Of a stretch of DNA of 64,000 nt, positions 42,900 through 55,204 are shown piece after piece. Every line of letters begins with the position of its first letter. Within the stretch, counting starts at the first letter, position 1. Source of the stretch: Macrostomum hystrix (taxonomy: Eukaryota > Animalia > Platyhelminthes). Made by a program: the position numbers and the translations under genes. Location: NCBI GenBank assembly GCA_950097015.1, contig CATNEN010000038.1:17732001-17796000 (forward strand), in the 5' to 3' direction. The notes below the pieces were generated by a model, which was not told the DNA's origin, did not search any database, and worked only from the letters and a program-made list of their open reading frames with translations.

Positions 42900-45554
42900 A
42901 TGTCTTTTCGGGACATTAGAAGTTTTACAGAAATGATGAGAGCCCTAGGTTACCCTCGTCTCATCAGCATGGAGAACTTTCGCTCTCCAAACTTTAGATT
43001 GGTTGCAGAAATCTTAGTTTGGCTAGCCAAGCGCTTTGATCCGGGTATGGATATTCCAAAGGAAATTGATAGTGAACAAGATCGAGTTATTTTTATTAAG
43101 ATGGTTGCTCAGAGCATGGCGTTGAAAGCGCATATTAAGCTAAATACTAAAAAGCTTTACCAGGCAGATGGTCATGCTGTAAAGGAGCTTCTAAAAATGA
43201 CTTCTCAGCTGTACCAAGCAATGAAGAATATTAATTCTGGTTCAGCAACTAGTCAAGCAGATAGCTCACTAAGCACCGGAGCAGCTAAGGTAACTTTAAT
43301 TCTCTTAAATTTTAAAGCTAGTTTACTTTCAACTATTCTTTTTTGCTTAAACTTAACAAAATTTAAGAGATAAAAGCATAATTTCTTTTTGAAAGTTTAA
43401 CAGAAAAAAGTATCCTACCCTACGCGCGTCTCTTAATAATATATTTAATTTATACTAGCAATTTTTTATTAGGTAAACACAAATTTATATATGTGTATAT
43501 GTATGTCTAGAAAATTCCACAAATCCAGTATTGATTTTTAAAGTAGAAACAGAAAAGCTATTGGTAAATTCTAAGTTTCCCAACGCAAAATATTCTTGAG
43601 TATATTTCTTGAGTCAAATTAAAAAGGTCCTTTATGTTGAGCTGTCAGTTCAAACCACGGCTTGTTTATTAGCTACACTTCATTGAAATGACATATTAGA
43701 ACTGATTTAAAACTTTATTAGCCGCACGAGATCAAAGAATGTCGACGCCTGGCATCCGAGATCACCTCCCGAGGCGCCGCACTTTACGACCTGCTCAATC
43801 GCGAGCCAGACCTGAGAGATTTTCGCTCATTGGCGCTAGCCCGTCAGCTGGAAACTACTCAAGTTGAAAAGGGCATCCGCGGCAATATCAAAACAATCGA
43901 GGCTGAAATGAAGAAAACTCAGTCAGCCTTGGAGAACATCGCCAGCGATGAGGCAAATTTGCAAGCAAAAATCGACAAGAAGAAAAGCGAACTTGAAAGA
44001 AATCAGAAGCGACTGAGCACTCTGCAGGTAAGGGCGAAATACAAAGTGAAAATTCTACCCTAATTCAAATCTAATTAACCAACCCCAATCTACCCCAATA
44101 TACTCGTAAACCCAATGTAACCCCAATCTAACCGCCACACCAATCTAACCACCACCCCAATCTAACCCGCCACCCCAATCTTACCCGCCACCCCAATCTA
44201 ACCGCCACCCCAATCTAACCGCCACCCCAATCTAACCGCCACCCCAATCTAACCGCCACCACAATCTAACCACCACCCCAATCTAACCACCACCCAAATC
44301 TTAACCGCCACCCCAATCTAACCACCACCCCAATCTAACCACCACCCCAATCTAACCACCACCCCAATCTAACCACCACCCCAATCTAACCGCCACCCCA
44401 ATCCGACCCACCCTAGGCGGTGCGCCCGGCCTACATGGATGAATACGAGCGCATCGAGGAGGAACTGGACAGGCTCTACCGTGTCTACCTTTTGAAATTT
44501 CGCAACCTCAGCTTCCTGGAGGCTCAGTATGAAGAGTTCTGCAGGTCGGAGCGCGAACAGACTGCGGCCGAGTTGGAGCGCACAGCCGAAGCAGCGGCCA
44601 GACAGGAGATGGCCAAGAAGCCCAGAGCAGCAGGCAAATCCAAGACAGGAATGGACGATCAACTGTCCGACGATGTTGCCAGCGACGGAGCTGAGTCTAG
44701 CGAGAGCGAGGACAGCAATGCCAGTGAGCGAACTAGACTAGCAATCCAACTACGAGGGCTAGACTAGCAATCCATCGATATGGGCTAGACTAGCAATCCA
44801 TCATATGGGCTAGACTAGCAATCCATCATATGGGCTAGACTAGCAATCCATCGATATGGGCTAGACTAGCAATCCATCGATATGGGCTAGACTAGCAATC
44901 CATCATATGGACTAGACTAGCAATCCATCATATGGGCTAGACTAGCAATCCATCGATATGGGCTAGACTAGCAATCCATCATATGGACTAGACTAGCAAT
45001 CCATCATATGGGCTAGACTAGCAATCCATCATATGGGCTAGACTAGCAATCCATCATATGGGCTAGACTAGCAATCCATCATATGGGCTAGACTAGCAAT
45101 CCATCATATGGGCTAGACTAGCAATCCATCATATGGGCTAGACTAGCAATCCATCATATGGGCTAGACTAGCAATCCACTTCAATGCACCGAGTTCCCAC
45201 TCGCCATCCTTGCCACCAGACGAGGTGATCAGCCGGCCGAAGGCGCCAGCAGGAGGCCTTCGCGGCGCCGGTCAGAGGACCGGCGCGGCGGCGAAGCAGA
45301 ACTTCGGCTCGATGGGCGCCGACCTGTCCGACGAAGACGACGACGAGGACGTGTCCGGCAGCGACGTCACAGACGACGATGAAGACGACGACGAGGACGA
45401 TTCCTCCGGCTTGGACTCGACCGAGGATCCGACTAGGCCGAATGCTGGCATGGCGAGAGGCGTCGGCGGAATCGGCATTGGCGGACGACGAGCGGGTGGA
45501 GGAGGAAAGGCAGCCGCCAGCGCTCAGCAGGTGGACAGTGACGATGACTTCTAG
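42900..45554 (+). CDS. CLUAP1: Clusterin-associated protein 1 / IFT38 (IFT-B subunit), 445 aa, 4 exons
   Basis: Exons 42900-43289, 43722-44027, 44417-44723 and 45220-45554 join in phase. Diagnostic peptides are [80 protein letters not shown] and an acidic tail ending DSDDDF. AATAAA at 45577. Confidence 0.96.
44066..44412. repeat. Intronic minisatellite, 17-bp unit ACCCCAATCTAACC(G/A)CC
   Basis: About 19 copies filling CLUAP1 intron 2 up to the acceptor at 44416. Confidence 0.93.
44733..45178. repeat. Intronic minisatellite, 25/26-bp unit GGGCTAGACTAGCAATCCATC(G)ATAT
   Basis: About 17 copies filling CLUAP1 intron 3. Confidence 0.95.
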
Positions 45555-46427
45555 CATGACTAGCAGAGCGGATTGAAATAAAGAGCCTATTTGGTTTTAT
45601 AATGCAATTAGCTATCTACGATTATTTAACTCCCAAAGCTCCCAAACCGAATGATAGATTTTGTGAAAGTTAATCAACTGGTTTAAAACTTTCCTCCCTT
45701 TACGATGAAGAAAAAAAATTAACAAATAAAAAAATTGCTAACAATGATAGCCGATAGGAATACATGATGAGATTCTGTGAGTAGAAAAACAATGCCAATA
45801 AGGGTGTTTTTTGCCTCCAGACAGCCCGACGAGAATCGTTGAATATATTGACGATGCCGATGTTTTGGAAGTTGTTTCATCGGTTAGAGCGGAAAATAAT
45901 TACAGAAAAAAATAATGTGGATAATTGAAATGCCCCCTGGTATTTCTAGTGTTAAATAAGCGAATTAATAGATCGTTGACAGGTTCAAATTTTGCTATTG
46001 AGATTTTAGTTAAATCACGTGCCTATTATTACAAGCTAGTTAATGAGAATTTGAATGTGATTTTTTCTAACCGTTCTTTGTTTTCTATTCTAACTGCTTT
46101 ATTTTGTTCCCTACATTTCTTTGTTCACAAAAGATGCCTGCATGCTGTTTTGATTTATGAGTCATGGAACTCAATTCAAGTACTGTACCTTGTTTTTGTC
46201 ATTCCTAAATTCTGTTCTTCTGAGTACTACAATCTTAAATTATGATATTTTTAGGTGTTTAAAAAACTGTCTCTATTTTCTTATGAAATGTTTTCAAAAG
46301 TTTCCAAGTTATAAATATTAAGAAAAAATATAGTATGTATTAATTAACATTTTGACACTAGATTAAACGATTAAGTTTACTTAAATGCTTTCGAAATCAC
46401 AGACTTCACGCTTTTTTACTTTTACTA

Positions 46428-47340
46428 GTTAGAAACAGGTGTATCCTGTTAGACAGAGATGTATCCTGTTAGACAGAGATGTATCCTGTTAGACAGAGAT
46501 GTCTCCTGTTAGACAGAGGTGTATCCTGTTAGACAGAGGTGTTTCCTGTTAGACAGAGGTGTATCCTGTTAGAGAGAGGTGTCTCCTGTTAGACAGAGGT
46601 GTATCCTGTTAGACAGAGGTGTATCCTGTTAGACAGAGGTATATCCTGTTAGACAGAGGTGTATCCTGTTAGACAGAGGTGTCTCCTGTTAGACAGTGGT
46701 GTATCCTGTTAGACAGAGGTGTATCCTGTTAGACAGAGGTGTATCCTGTTAGACAAAGGTGTATCCTGTTAGACAGAGGTGTATCCTGTTAGACAGAGGT
46801 GTATCCTGTTAGACAGAGGTATATCCTGTTAGACAGAGGTGTATCCTGTTAGACAGAGGTGTCTCCTGTTAGACAGAGGTGTATCCTGTTAGACAGAGGT
46901 ATATCCTGTTAGACAGAGGTGTATCCTGTTAGACAGAGGTGTCTCCTGTTAGACAGAGGTGTATCCTGTTAGACAGAGGTGTATCCTGTTAGACAGAGGT
47001 GTATCCTGTTAGACAGAGGTGTATCCTGTTAGACAGTGGTGTATCCTGTTAGACAGAGGTGTATCCTGTTAGACAGAGGTGTATCCTGTTAGACAAAGGT
47101 GTATCCTGTTAGACAGAGGTGTATCCTGTTAGACAGAGGTGTATCCTGTTAGACAGAGGTATATCCTGTTAGACAGAGGTGTATCCTGTTAGACAGAGGT
47201 GTCTCCTGTTAGACAGAGGTGTATCCTGTTAGACAGAGGTGTATCCTGTTAGACAGAGGTGTATCCTGTTAGACAGAGGTGTATCCTGTTAGACAGAGGT
47301 GTATCCTGTTAGACAGAGGTGTATCCTGTTAGACAGAGGT
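46428..47340. repeat. Minisatellite, 20-bp unit AGACAGAGGTGTATCCTGTT
   Basis: About 45 copies between convergent gene ends. Confidence 0.97.
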
Positions 47341-47826
47341 CTAGCCATTTGATAGTGTCTCATCAAGTCTTATAAAAAATTAAGCCGATAAGACAAAGTA
47401 AAAAGGCCATATAGAAATAGAAAATAAATGAATATTATTTTGGCATAGCTCTTCAAAAGTGTTTAAATTCTGAACTAAGCAATAGTTTATTATACGAAAC
47501 TAAAACCTAAAAAATTTGCAGCTGCATGATAAAAATACATGAGTTATTTTTTGTTTAAAACGGAATGGTTCATTGTGGGCTAGGGACAATTTAATTGTTG
47601 TGGGCTTTCTTTAGCGCGAAATCTATGGTTAAACTAGAAGCAAATTAGGAAAAAGGCAATAATAATAGTTATAACAGCTGGTCTCTAAGGAAAAAAAAGT
47701 ATTGATTCAAAACTCAAAAAAATTTATTTTTCACAGCGCACATCTTCGTTGGTATTTTTTTGGAAAGTTCAAACAAATTAGCAACAGTTAATTTAAACAA
47801 AAACGTAATATTTCGATTTGAAAAGT

Positions 47827-50800
47827 CTAAGCAGCCGATTTATTTAGCAGATCCTGAAGAAACGGTAGAACAGTTAGAAAGGCCAACTTAGAAATGGAGT
47901 CTCCGCTCTGCAATAAAATGAAATTTATTTCTTTACAAAAATCTTGAAATTAATTTAGCAACAGTTTCATTGGTGGACTAAAACTCAACTGTACATGGCT
48001 TCTAATCTTATCTCTTATCTCAACATAACTGATATTTAGCTTATCACAATCCTTTATCTCGATGACCTTAATAGTTCTCTCGATGACCTTAATAGTTCTC
48101 TCGACGACCTTAATAGTTCTCTAGATGACCTTAATAGTTCTCTAGATGACCTTAATAGTTCTTTAGATGACCTTAATAATTCTCTCGATGACCTTAATAG
48201 TTCTCTCGACGACCTTAATAGTTCTCTAGATGACCTTAATAGTTCTCTAGATGACCTTAATAGTTCTCTAGATGACCTTAATAGTTCTCTAGATGACCTT
48301 AATAGTTCTCTAGATGACCTTAATAGTTCTTTAGATGACCTTAATAATTCTCTCGATGACCTTAATAGTTCTCTCGACGACCTTAATAGTTCTCTAGATG
48401 ACCTTAATAGTTCTCTAGATGACCTTAATAGTTCTCTAGATGACCTTAATAGTTCTCTAGATGACCTTAATAGTTCTCTAGATGACCTTAATAGTTCTCT
48501 AGATGACCTTAATAGTTCTCTAGATGACCTTAATAGTTCTCTAGATGACCTTAATAGTTCTTTAGATCTGTCAAACAGAGCGGCGATCAAACTCACCAGC
48601 CCAAAGGAAGCCTGCAGTTTAGCCATCTCCTCGTTGTCTAGCGGCATTCCACGCATGGAAGACAGGATGTCCAAGAAGGCCGTCAGCGACACGGATCCTT
48701 TCGCTTCGCGGTCAACATCATGGAATAGGTCCTGGTTAACATGTCCAATTAAGTTAGAGTGTAGAAATATGCTTATTCAATTACAAGCGCTAGCCAATCA
48801 AATCTCACCAGGCCTCGCCTGAGCCAGCGGTTCAGGCCGCCACTCTCGCTCAGAGCATTTTGACTGGCCTTCAGCCGCTGGCCAATCAGCCTGCCCAGCT
48901 CCAAGGTCAAAGGCCCGGCTCTGGCGTGATTGGACGCGGCTAGAATAGCCAACAGGTAGCCAGTTACGATCTGAGGTAGCTCCTGCTGCTTTATTTGCCT
49001 GAAAATAGATTTTAAAAAATAGTTTTCAGACTTTATTTCAGAATAGCAAAAAAACAAGCCTTTTAGCACGCGATTCGCGCCAAATATAGAAATAAGTCGG
49101 TCGTATTATATAGCCACTGAAAAGGCCCTCTACGCGAGATTTTCAACGAATATTTAATTCGTCACTGGTGAGGCTCTCTACGCTATAGATTCGCGATAAT
49201 TATTAAATTGGTCACTGATGAAGATCTCTACGCAAAAAATCCTCACTCCTGAATGCTAGCAGCGTCGCCACCAGTCTCCTTATCAGCTCCTTGTTCGCCG
49301 CTTCGCATCCACTCGCTGGGCAGGCCGAGGAACGGCTCGGGAAGCTGCTCAATGGATTCCTCGACAGTCGATGGAGCACCTTTGGTCTCGGATTGAATCG
49401 GCTGCTTCGCCTGCTGCTGCTGCTGCTGCTGATTCTGATCCTCATCTTCCAGCGATTCCAATTGCTGGTATTGATCAGTGCCAGCTGCTGGCGGCTTGGT
49501 CTCATTGCTGCTTAGAGTAGAGCAATTCAGAAAATTTTATTAAGGAACTTGTAATTATTTAAATTCACGAACTTCTACTGTTAGTAGCAATAAAGACATT
49601 TATAACGCCCTATAATCTAATTGAGATTTAAGATATCAATCCAGATGTGGAAAACTTACTCTGAAGCCGGATTGGGCTTGACCGTGACGTCGGCTGCGAA
49701 GACCTGGCGCTTCGGCTGTGAGCCACCGACACCGCTGCTGGCAATCAGGATGTTGCCAGCCTCGTCAATAATGCGGCTCGGCTGCTGAGCTCGGTGAAGC
49801 AGAGCGTCTAGAACTGTTGAAAAATCATGGGGATCGACTGTTTGCATGATCAGGACAAATCCGATTCTTAGATGGTGGTACATGGGACCTGGATCGATAA
49901 TTCAGAATCTGGATCGATAACTCAGAATCTGGATCGATAATTCAGACTCTGGATCGATAATTCAGAATCTGGATCGATAACTCAGAATCTGGATCCAAAA
50001 TTCAGAATCTGGATCCATAATTCAGACTCTGGATCCATAATTCAGAATCTGGATCGATAATTCAGAATCTGGATCGATAATTCAGACTCTGGATCGATAA
50101 TTTAGACTCTGGATCGATAATTCAGAATCTGGATCGATAATTCAGAATCTGGATCGATAATTCAGACTCTGGATCGATAATTTAGACTCTGGATCGATAA
50201 TTTAGAATCTGGATCCATAACTCAGAATCTGGATCCAAAATTCAGACCCTGGAACGATAATTCAGAATCTGGATCCATAATTCAGAATCTGGATCCATAA
50301 TTCAGAATCTGGATCCATAATTCAGAATCTGGATCGATAATTCAGACTCTGGATCGATAGATCAGAATCTGGATCCATAATTTAGACTCTGGATCGATAA
50401 TTTAGAATCTGGATCGATAGATCAGAATCTGGATCGATAATTCAGACTCTGGATCGATAATTTAGAATCTGGATCGATAATTCAGACTCTGGATCGATAA
50501 TTTTGCTAGACAACTATGCATCAAATCGTTAAATTTGCTAAAAACTTACTAGGATCATCAGCGACCAGCGTTTTCTTTGGATTGTTAAGCCCGTGACTTC
50601 TGAAAGTAATTTTAAGTGAGATATTTTTTACGAAAGTCTGCTTTAGACTACAACATACTTCTACATATTATTACTACAGGCTTTTACAGATCATTTACAC
50701 ACCACAAAACTGTTACAGACTATTACAGACTACTACAGACTGGTAGACTCTACAGAGTAATTGACCACGCCAACTCACTCTGGCAAGCGAATTCCCCGGC

Positions 50801-53800
50801 CAACGTAGAGATCCTTGGCAAAGTCGGGCAGAACAATGGCCTTTAGCCGGGCAATCTCGGCCAGAATGTCGCTTCTATGATTGAATGGAAAATTAATTTA
50901 TGACAATAGTAATGTGTTTTAGTAGTTTTTTTAGATACTTGGGAACAGAATAAATAGATACAAAACTATAGTCCGAAAGTAGACAGGGTGTTCTAACCTG
51001 TTAGACAGGGTATCCTAGCCTGTTAGACAGGGTGTTCTAACCTGTTAGACAGGGTGTTATAACCTGTTAGACAGGGTGTTCTAACCTGTTAGACAGGGTG
51101 TTCTAACCTGTTAGACAGGGTATCCTAGCCTGTTAGACAGGGTGTTCTAACCTGTTAGACAGGGTGTTATAACCTGTTAGACAGGGTGTTCTAACCTGTT
51201 AGACAGGGTGTTATAACCTGTTAGACAGGGTATCCTAGCCTGTTAGACAGGGTGTTCTAACCTGTTAGACAGGGTGTTCTAACCTGTTAGACAGGGTGTT
51301 ATAACCTGTTAGACAGGGTGTTATAACCTGTTAGACAGGGTGTTATAACCTGTTAGACAGGGTGTTCTAACCTGTTAGACAGGGTATCCTAGCCTGTTAC
51401 ATAGGGTGTTCTAACCTGTTACACAGGGTGTTCTAACCTGTTAGACAGGGTGTTCTAACCTGTTAGACAGAGTGTTCTAACCTGTTAGACAGGGTGTTCT
51501 AACCTGTTAGACAGGGTATCCTAGCCTGTTAGACAGGGTGTTCTAACCCGTTAGACAGGGTATCCTAGCCTGTTACACAGGTTGTTCTAACCTGTTAGAC
51601 AGGGTGTTCTAACCTGTTAGACAGGGTGTTCTAACCTGTTAGACAGGGTGTTCTAACCTGTTAGACAGGGTATCCTAGCCTGTTAGACAGGGTGTTCTAA
51701 CCTGTTAGACAGGGTGTTCTAACCTTTTAGACAGGGTATCCTAGCCTGTTACACAGGGTGTTCTAACCCGTTAGACAGGGTATCCTAGCCTGTTAGACAG
51801 GGTGTTCTAACCTGTTAGACAGGGTGTTCTAACCTGTTAGACAGGGTATCCTAGCCTGTTAGACAGGGTGTTCTAACCTGTTAGACAGGGTGTTCTAACC
51901 TGTTAGACAGGGTGTTCTAACATGTTAGACAGGGTGTTATAACCTGTTAGACAGGGTGTTCTAACTTTTAGACAGGGTATCCTAGCCTGTTACACAGGGT
52001 GTTCTAACCCGTTAGACAGGGTATCCTAGCCTGTTACACAGGGTGTTCTAACCTGTTAGACAGGGTGTTCTAACCTGTTAGACAGGGTGTTCTAACCTGT
52101 TAGACAGGGTGTTCTAACCTGTTAGACAGGGTGTTCTAACCTGTTAGACAGGGTGTTCTAACCTGTTAGACAGGGTATCCTCACCTGTTAGATATGATAT
52201 CCCACCTGTTAGACAGGAAAGCCCACCTGTTAGACAGGTTAACCAACCAATTAGAAACTTAAGCCTGTCAAACTGACAGGTTAATTAAATCAAAGTCAGT
52301 TGCAGAAAATGTGACAGATGTCACAGAGAGTGATTGAAAACATAAATTTGCTGATGGGCGTGCAAATTGGAGCGAAGATAGATTACAGATGGCTTGTGAA
52401 CATTTAAATGCATGTTTGGTGCAAAAAGAAATGGATTCTAAAAGTGCCCTATCACAAGTGAAGGGGCTAAATCAGAAACTAATATTGCCACATTCTTATC
52501 TTACCATCTTATCTTATCTTATCAGAACCGTGACGAAATTAGCTAGCAATTTACTGTCAGTAGGAATGTTGAACACTTATAAAACAAGCTAGAATTTAAA
52601 TAAGAAATTTTGATTCTCAAATGATGCATTGAAATATGAAATTAAACAGAAAACTAAAATAAAATGTTATAATACGTTGACATGCAGTACTGTTTTTAAG
52701 ACAGACAAAATAAAAAGTAAATAACCAAAGCGCTATTACTGTTTCTCAGCAATGCTCTTTGTCTGCTGTCTTGACGAAATAAAGAATGATGAAAACTAAA
52801 CAATCTTACTTTATTTCTATGCGAAACATTAACTTCATTTATTTACTGTCATGGCATGAAATGGGATCTGTACTGAATCGGTGATGGGATCTGTACTGAG
52901 TCGGTGATGGGATCTGTACTGAATCGGTGATGGGATCTGTACTGAATTGATGATGGGATCTGTACTGAATTGATGATTGGATCTGTACTGAATTAATGAT
53001 GGGATCTGTACTGAATTAATGACGGGATCTGTACTGAACGGGTATCGGGCTCTGCACAAGATTTTAGTGTCAATCTAATTAATAAACCAATGGATGGAGA
53101 TAAAAATCAAGTCTAATAAAAAACGACTAAAATTGTTTTAAAATATTTTTTTCTGTTTCAGCCGCCCGGTGAAATAAGAAGCGTGTCTAAAATCATTTCA
53201 ATCGAGTGAAGTTCTGTTCAAACCCGATAGCTATTTTAATCATATTTAAATTCTGAGTTTTGAACAACAATAGGCATTAAAAATGATGGTTGAATGAGAA
53301 AGTTAATACAATCGTTATAAATCTTGTTTAAAATCTGGCAAATACAACAACTAATTGGTAAGCAATTGGGAACTAAGGATAAAAATTTCAGGGGGGGAAT
53401 GCACAGAACAATAAAAGGGAAAATTCTCACCTCCTATTGAACACCGCCTTGCTGCCGTCCAGTTTGACCTTCTCAAGGCCTCCGCTACCACCGAAGCCTC
53501 CAATTGGAAGCTCGTGTGCAGCCGCAGCCGACGCCGACTGGGCGCCGATCAGAGCTGCCAGAGCGTCGAACTCAGCCCGGCTGGCGAACGACTGGCCGAC
53601 ACCGTCAGCCGGGGCTGGGCGCTGCTGTAGCGACGACTGAGACATCGTCGTCTGGCCGTATCGGCGGTGATGACCCGTCGAGTCGTAGATTTCTTCCGGT
53701 ATCAAGCCGAGCTTCATCGGCTGCTGCTGCTGCTGCTGCTGTTTATCTCTACGGCGCCTGCGACGCTGCTTGGACTTCTTTGATCTCTGCTCAGCAGTTG

Positions 53801-55204
53801 CTGCTTCTTCCGGCATCCGGGCGGAGTCTTCGGCGCCAGCCTGCAGCGGACTGCCGCCCAGGTGCAGATCGTGTCTGGCTCTGTGGGCCAGGGCCTCCCG
53901 TAGGCGCATTCGACTGCGCGCGTCCTGCAGCATCTGGCCCTCCTGGGCTAGGCGGACCTTCTGCGAGTCGCTGGATGCGAGCGAGTGCGTGGATGTTTTA
54001 AGAAAATCAGTTAGAGTCAGGATAGGATGTCGGAGGAGGAGAGTCAGGAGAGGATGTCGGAGGAGGAGAGTCAGGAGAGGATGTCGGAGGAGGAGAGTCA
54101 GGAGAGGATGTCGGAGGAGGAGAGTCAGGAGAGGATGTCGGAGGAGGAGAGTCAGGAGAGGATGTCGGAGGAGGAGAGTCAGGAGAGGATGTCGGAGGAG
54201 GAGAGTCAGGAGAGGATGTCGGAGGAGGAGAGTCAGGAGAGGATGTCGGAGGAGGAGAGTCAGGAGAGGATGTCGGAGGAGGAGAGTCAGGAGAGGATGT
54301 CGGAGGAGGAGAGTCAGGAGAGGATGGCGGAGGAGGAGAGTCAGGAGAGGATGGCGGAGGAGGAGAGTCAGGAGAGGAGGAGGAGGAGGAGAGTCAGGAG
54401 AGGATGGCGGAGGAGGAGAGTCAGGAGAGGAGGAGGAGGAGGAGAGTCAGGAGAGGATGGCGGAGGAGGAGAGTCAGGAGAGTAGGAAAAGAGCCAGAAT
54501 CAGAGAGAAATTTATGCAGAAAGCCAGAGAGAAAAGAGGAAAGAATATTGCCAAATGAACGTCTTGCAAATGAACAGAACTCACGCATCGAGTTTAATCT
54601 GTCCGAGTTGCTGAAATGTAGGGAGTTAATATGGAGGCATGGTATCACAAGTTACATATTGCTTGTTGAATATTCTTTAAAAGAACATTTTTCGCTAGTT
54701 ACCGTGTATCTGTCCGTGTGCAAAATGACGGTTCGCTTCTTTTTGAATTCTCCCAGGGCCTCGTCGGCTGGGATGCCGGGCACGAAGCTGTCCGAGACAC
54801 GAACTGACGGCTCAAACTTTTTGAGCAAAATGCAGGGCCTGAAATTTCATAATTTGTAGAGCATTATTAATAATTAATTAATTACATGTAAACGCTTGTC
54901 AAGACTCACCTAAATTCCTGTGTTTGGTAGGGCAGTGGAGTCTGCTTCACCATCTTTGCCTGCAGCTTCACGGTGGGAAAAGCATCTTCAGTTCCAGTCT
55001 GCATTGGGCTGGGGCGGGCTACTGTGTTCTGGAAGGGTTAGGGTTTTAGTATAGTAGCTTTTTTTCTGCTATTTGTGTCAAGCAACGATTCATAATCAAA
55101 TAAGTACATACGGCTCCACTGATTCTGGGAAAGTATGGCGAACCACCATGCCTCTCATCTTCATTGCTGCCAGGCGGCTGCTGAAAAGATGGCGAAGCAC
55201 TCAT
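47827..55204 (-). CDS. Uncharacterised ~652-aa protein with a C-terminal EF-hand-like pair, 12 exons
   Basis: Exons 55204-55112, 55028-54910, 54838-54703, 54610-54585, 53970-53431, 50874-50779, 50599-50550, 49888-49660, 49510-49247, 48998-48809, 48731-48597 and 47907-47827 are all GT-AG and phase-consistent from ATG to TAG. The C-terminus contains DLFHDVDREAKGSVSLTAFLDIL and ASFGLSGDSISKLAFL (degenerate EF-hands), and there are two poly-Q tracts. Confidence 0.8.
48056..48567. repeat. Intronic minisatellite, 21-bp unit CTAGATGACCTTAATAGTTCT
   Basis: About 24 copies in the last intron (48596-47908). Confidence 0.96.
49889..50502. repeat. Intronic minisatellite, 20-bp unit CTGGATCGATAATTCAGAAT
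   Basis: About 30 copies. The terminal unit is the real splice acceptor. Confidence 0.96.
50980..52240. repeat. Intronic minisatellite, 22-bp unit AGACAGGGTGTTCTAACCTGTT
   Basis: About 56 copies in intron 53430-50875. Confidence 0.96.
52860..53038. repeat. Intronic minisatellite, 23-bp unit GATGGGATCTGTACTGAATCGGT
   Basis: About 8 copies. Confidence 0.93.
54013..54485. repeat. Intronic minisatellite, 27-bp unit GGATGTCGGAGGAGGAGAGTCAGGAGA
   Basis: About 17 copies in intron 54584-53971. Confidence 0.95.

Noticed and set aside
44066-44412. Interstitial telomeric repeat
   Set aside because: The unit is 17 bp (GGTTAGATTGGGGT core), not TTAGGG.
48054-48596. C-terminal (RELLRSS)n heptad repeat in the EF-hand protein
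   Set aside because: A strong donor CTG|GTGAGT at 48596 and an in-phase terminal exon at 47907 make the repeat intronic. Intron retention would translate it, but there is no evidence for that.
53770-54859. Protamine-like (RRRRVRRGC)n or acidic (MSEEESQER)n ORFs on the + strand
   Set aside because: They are antisense translations of an intronic 27-bp array.
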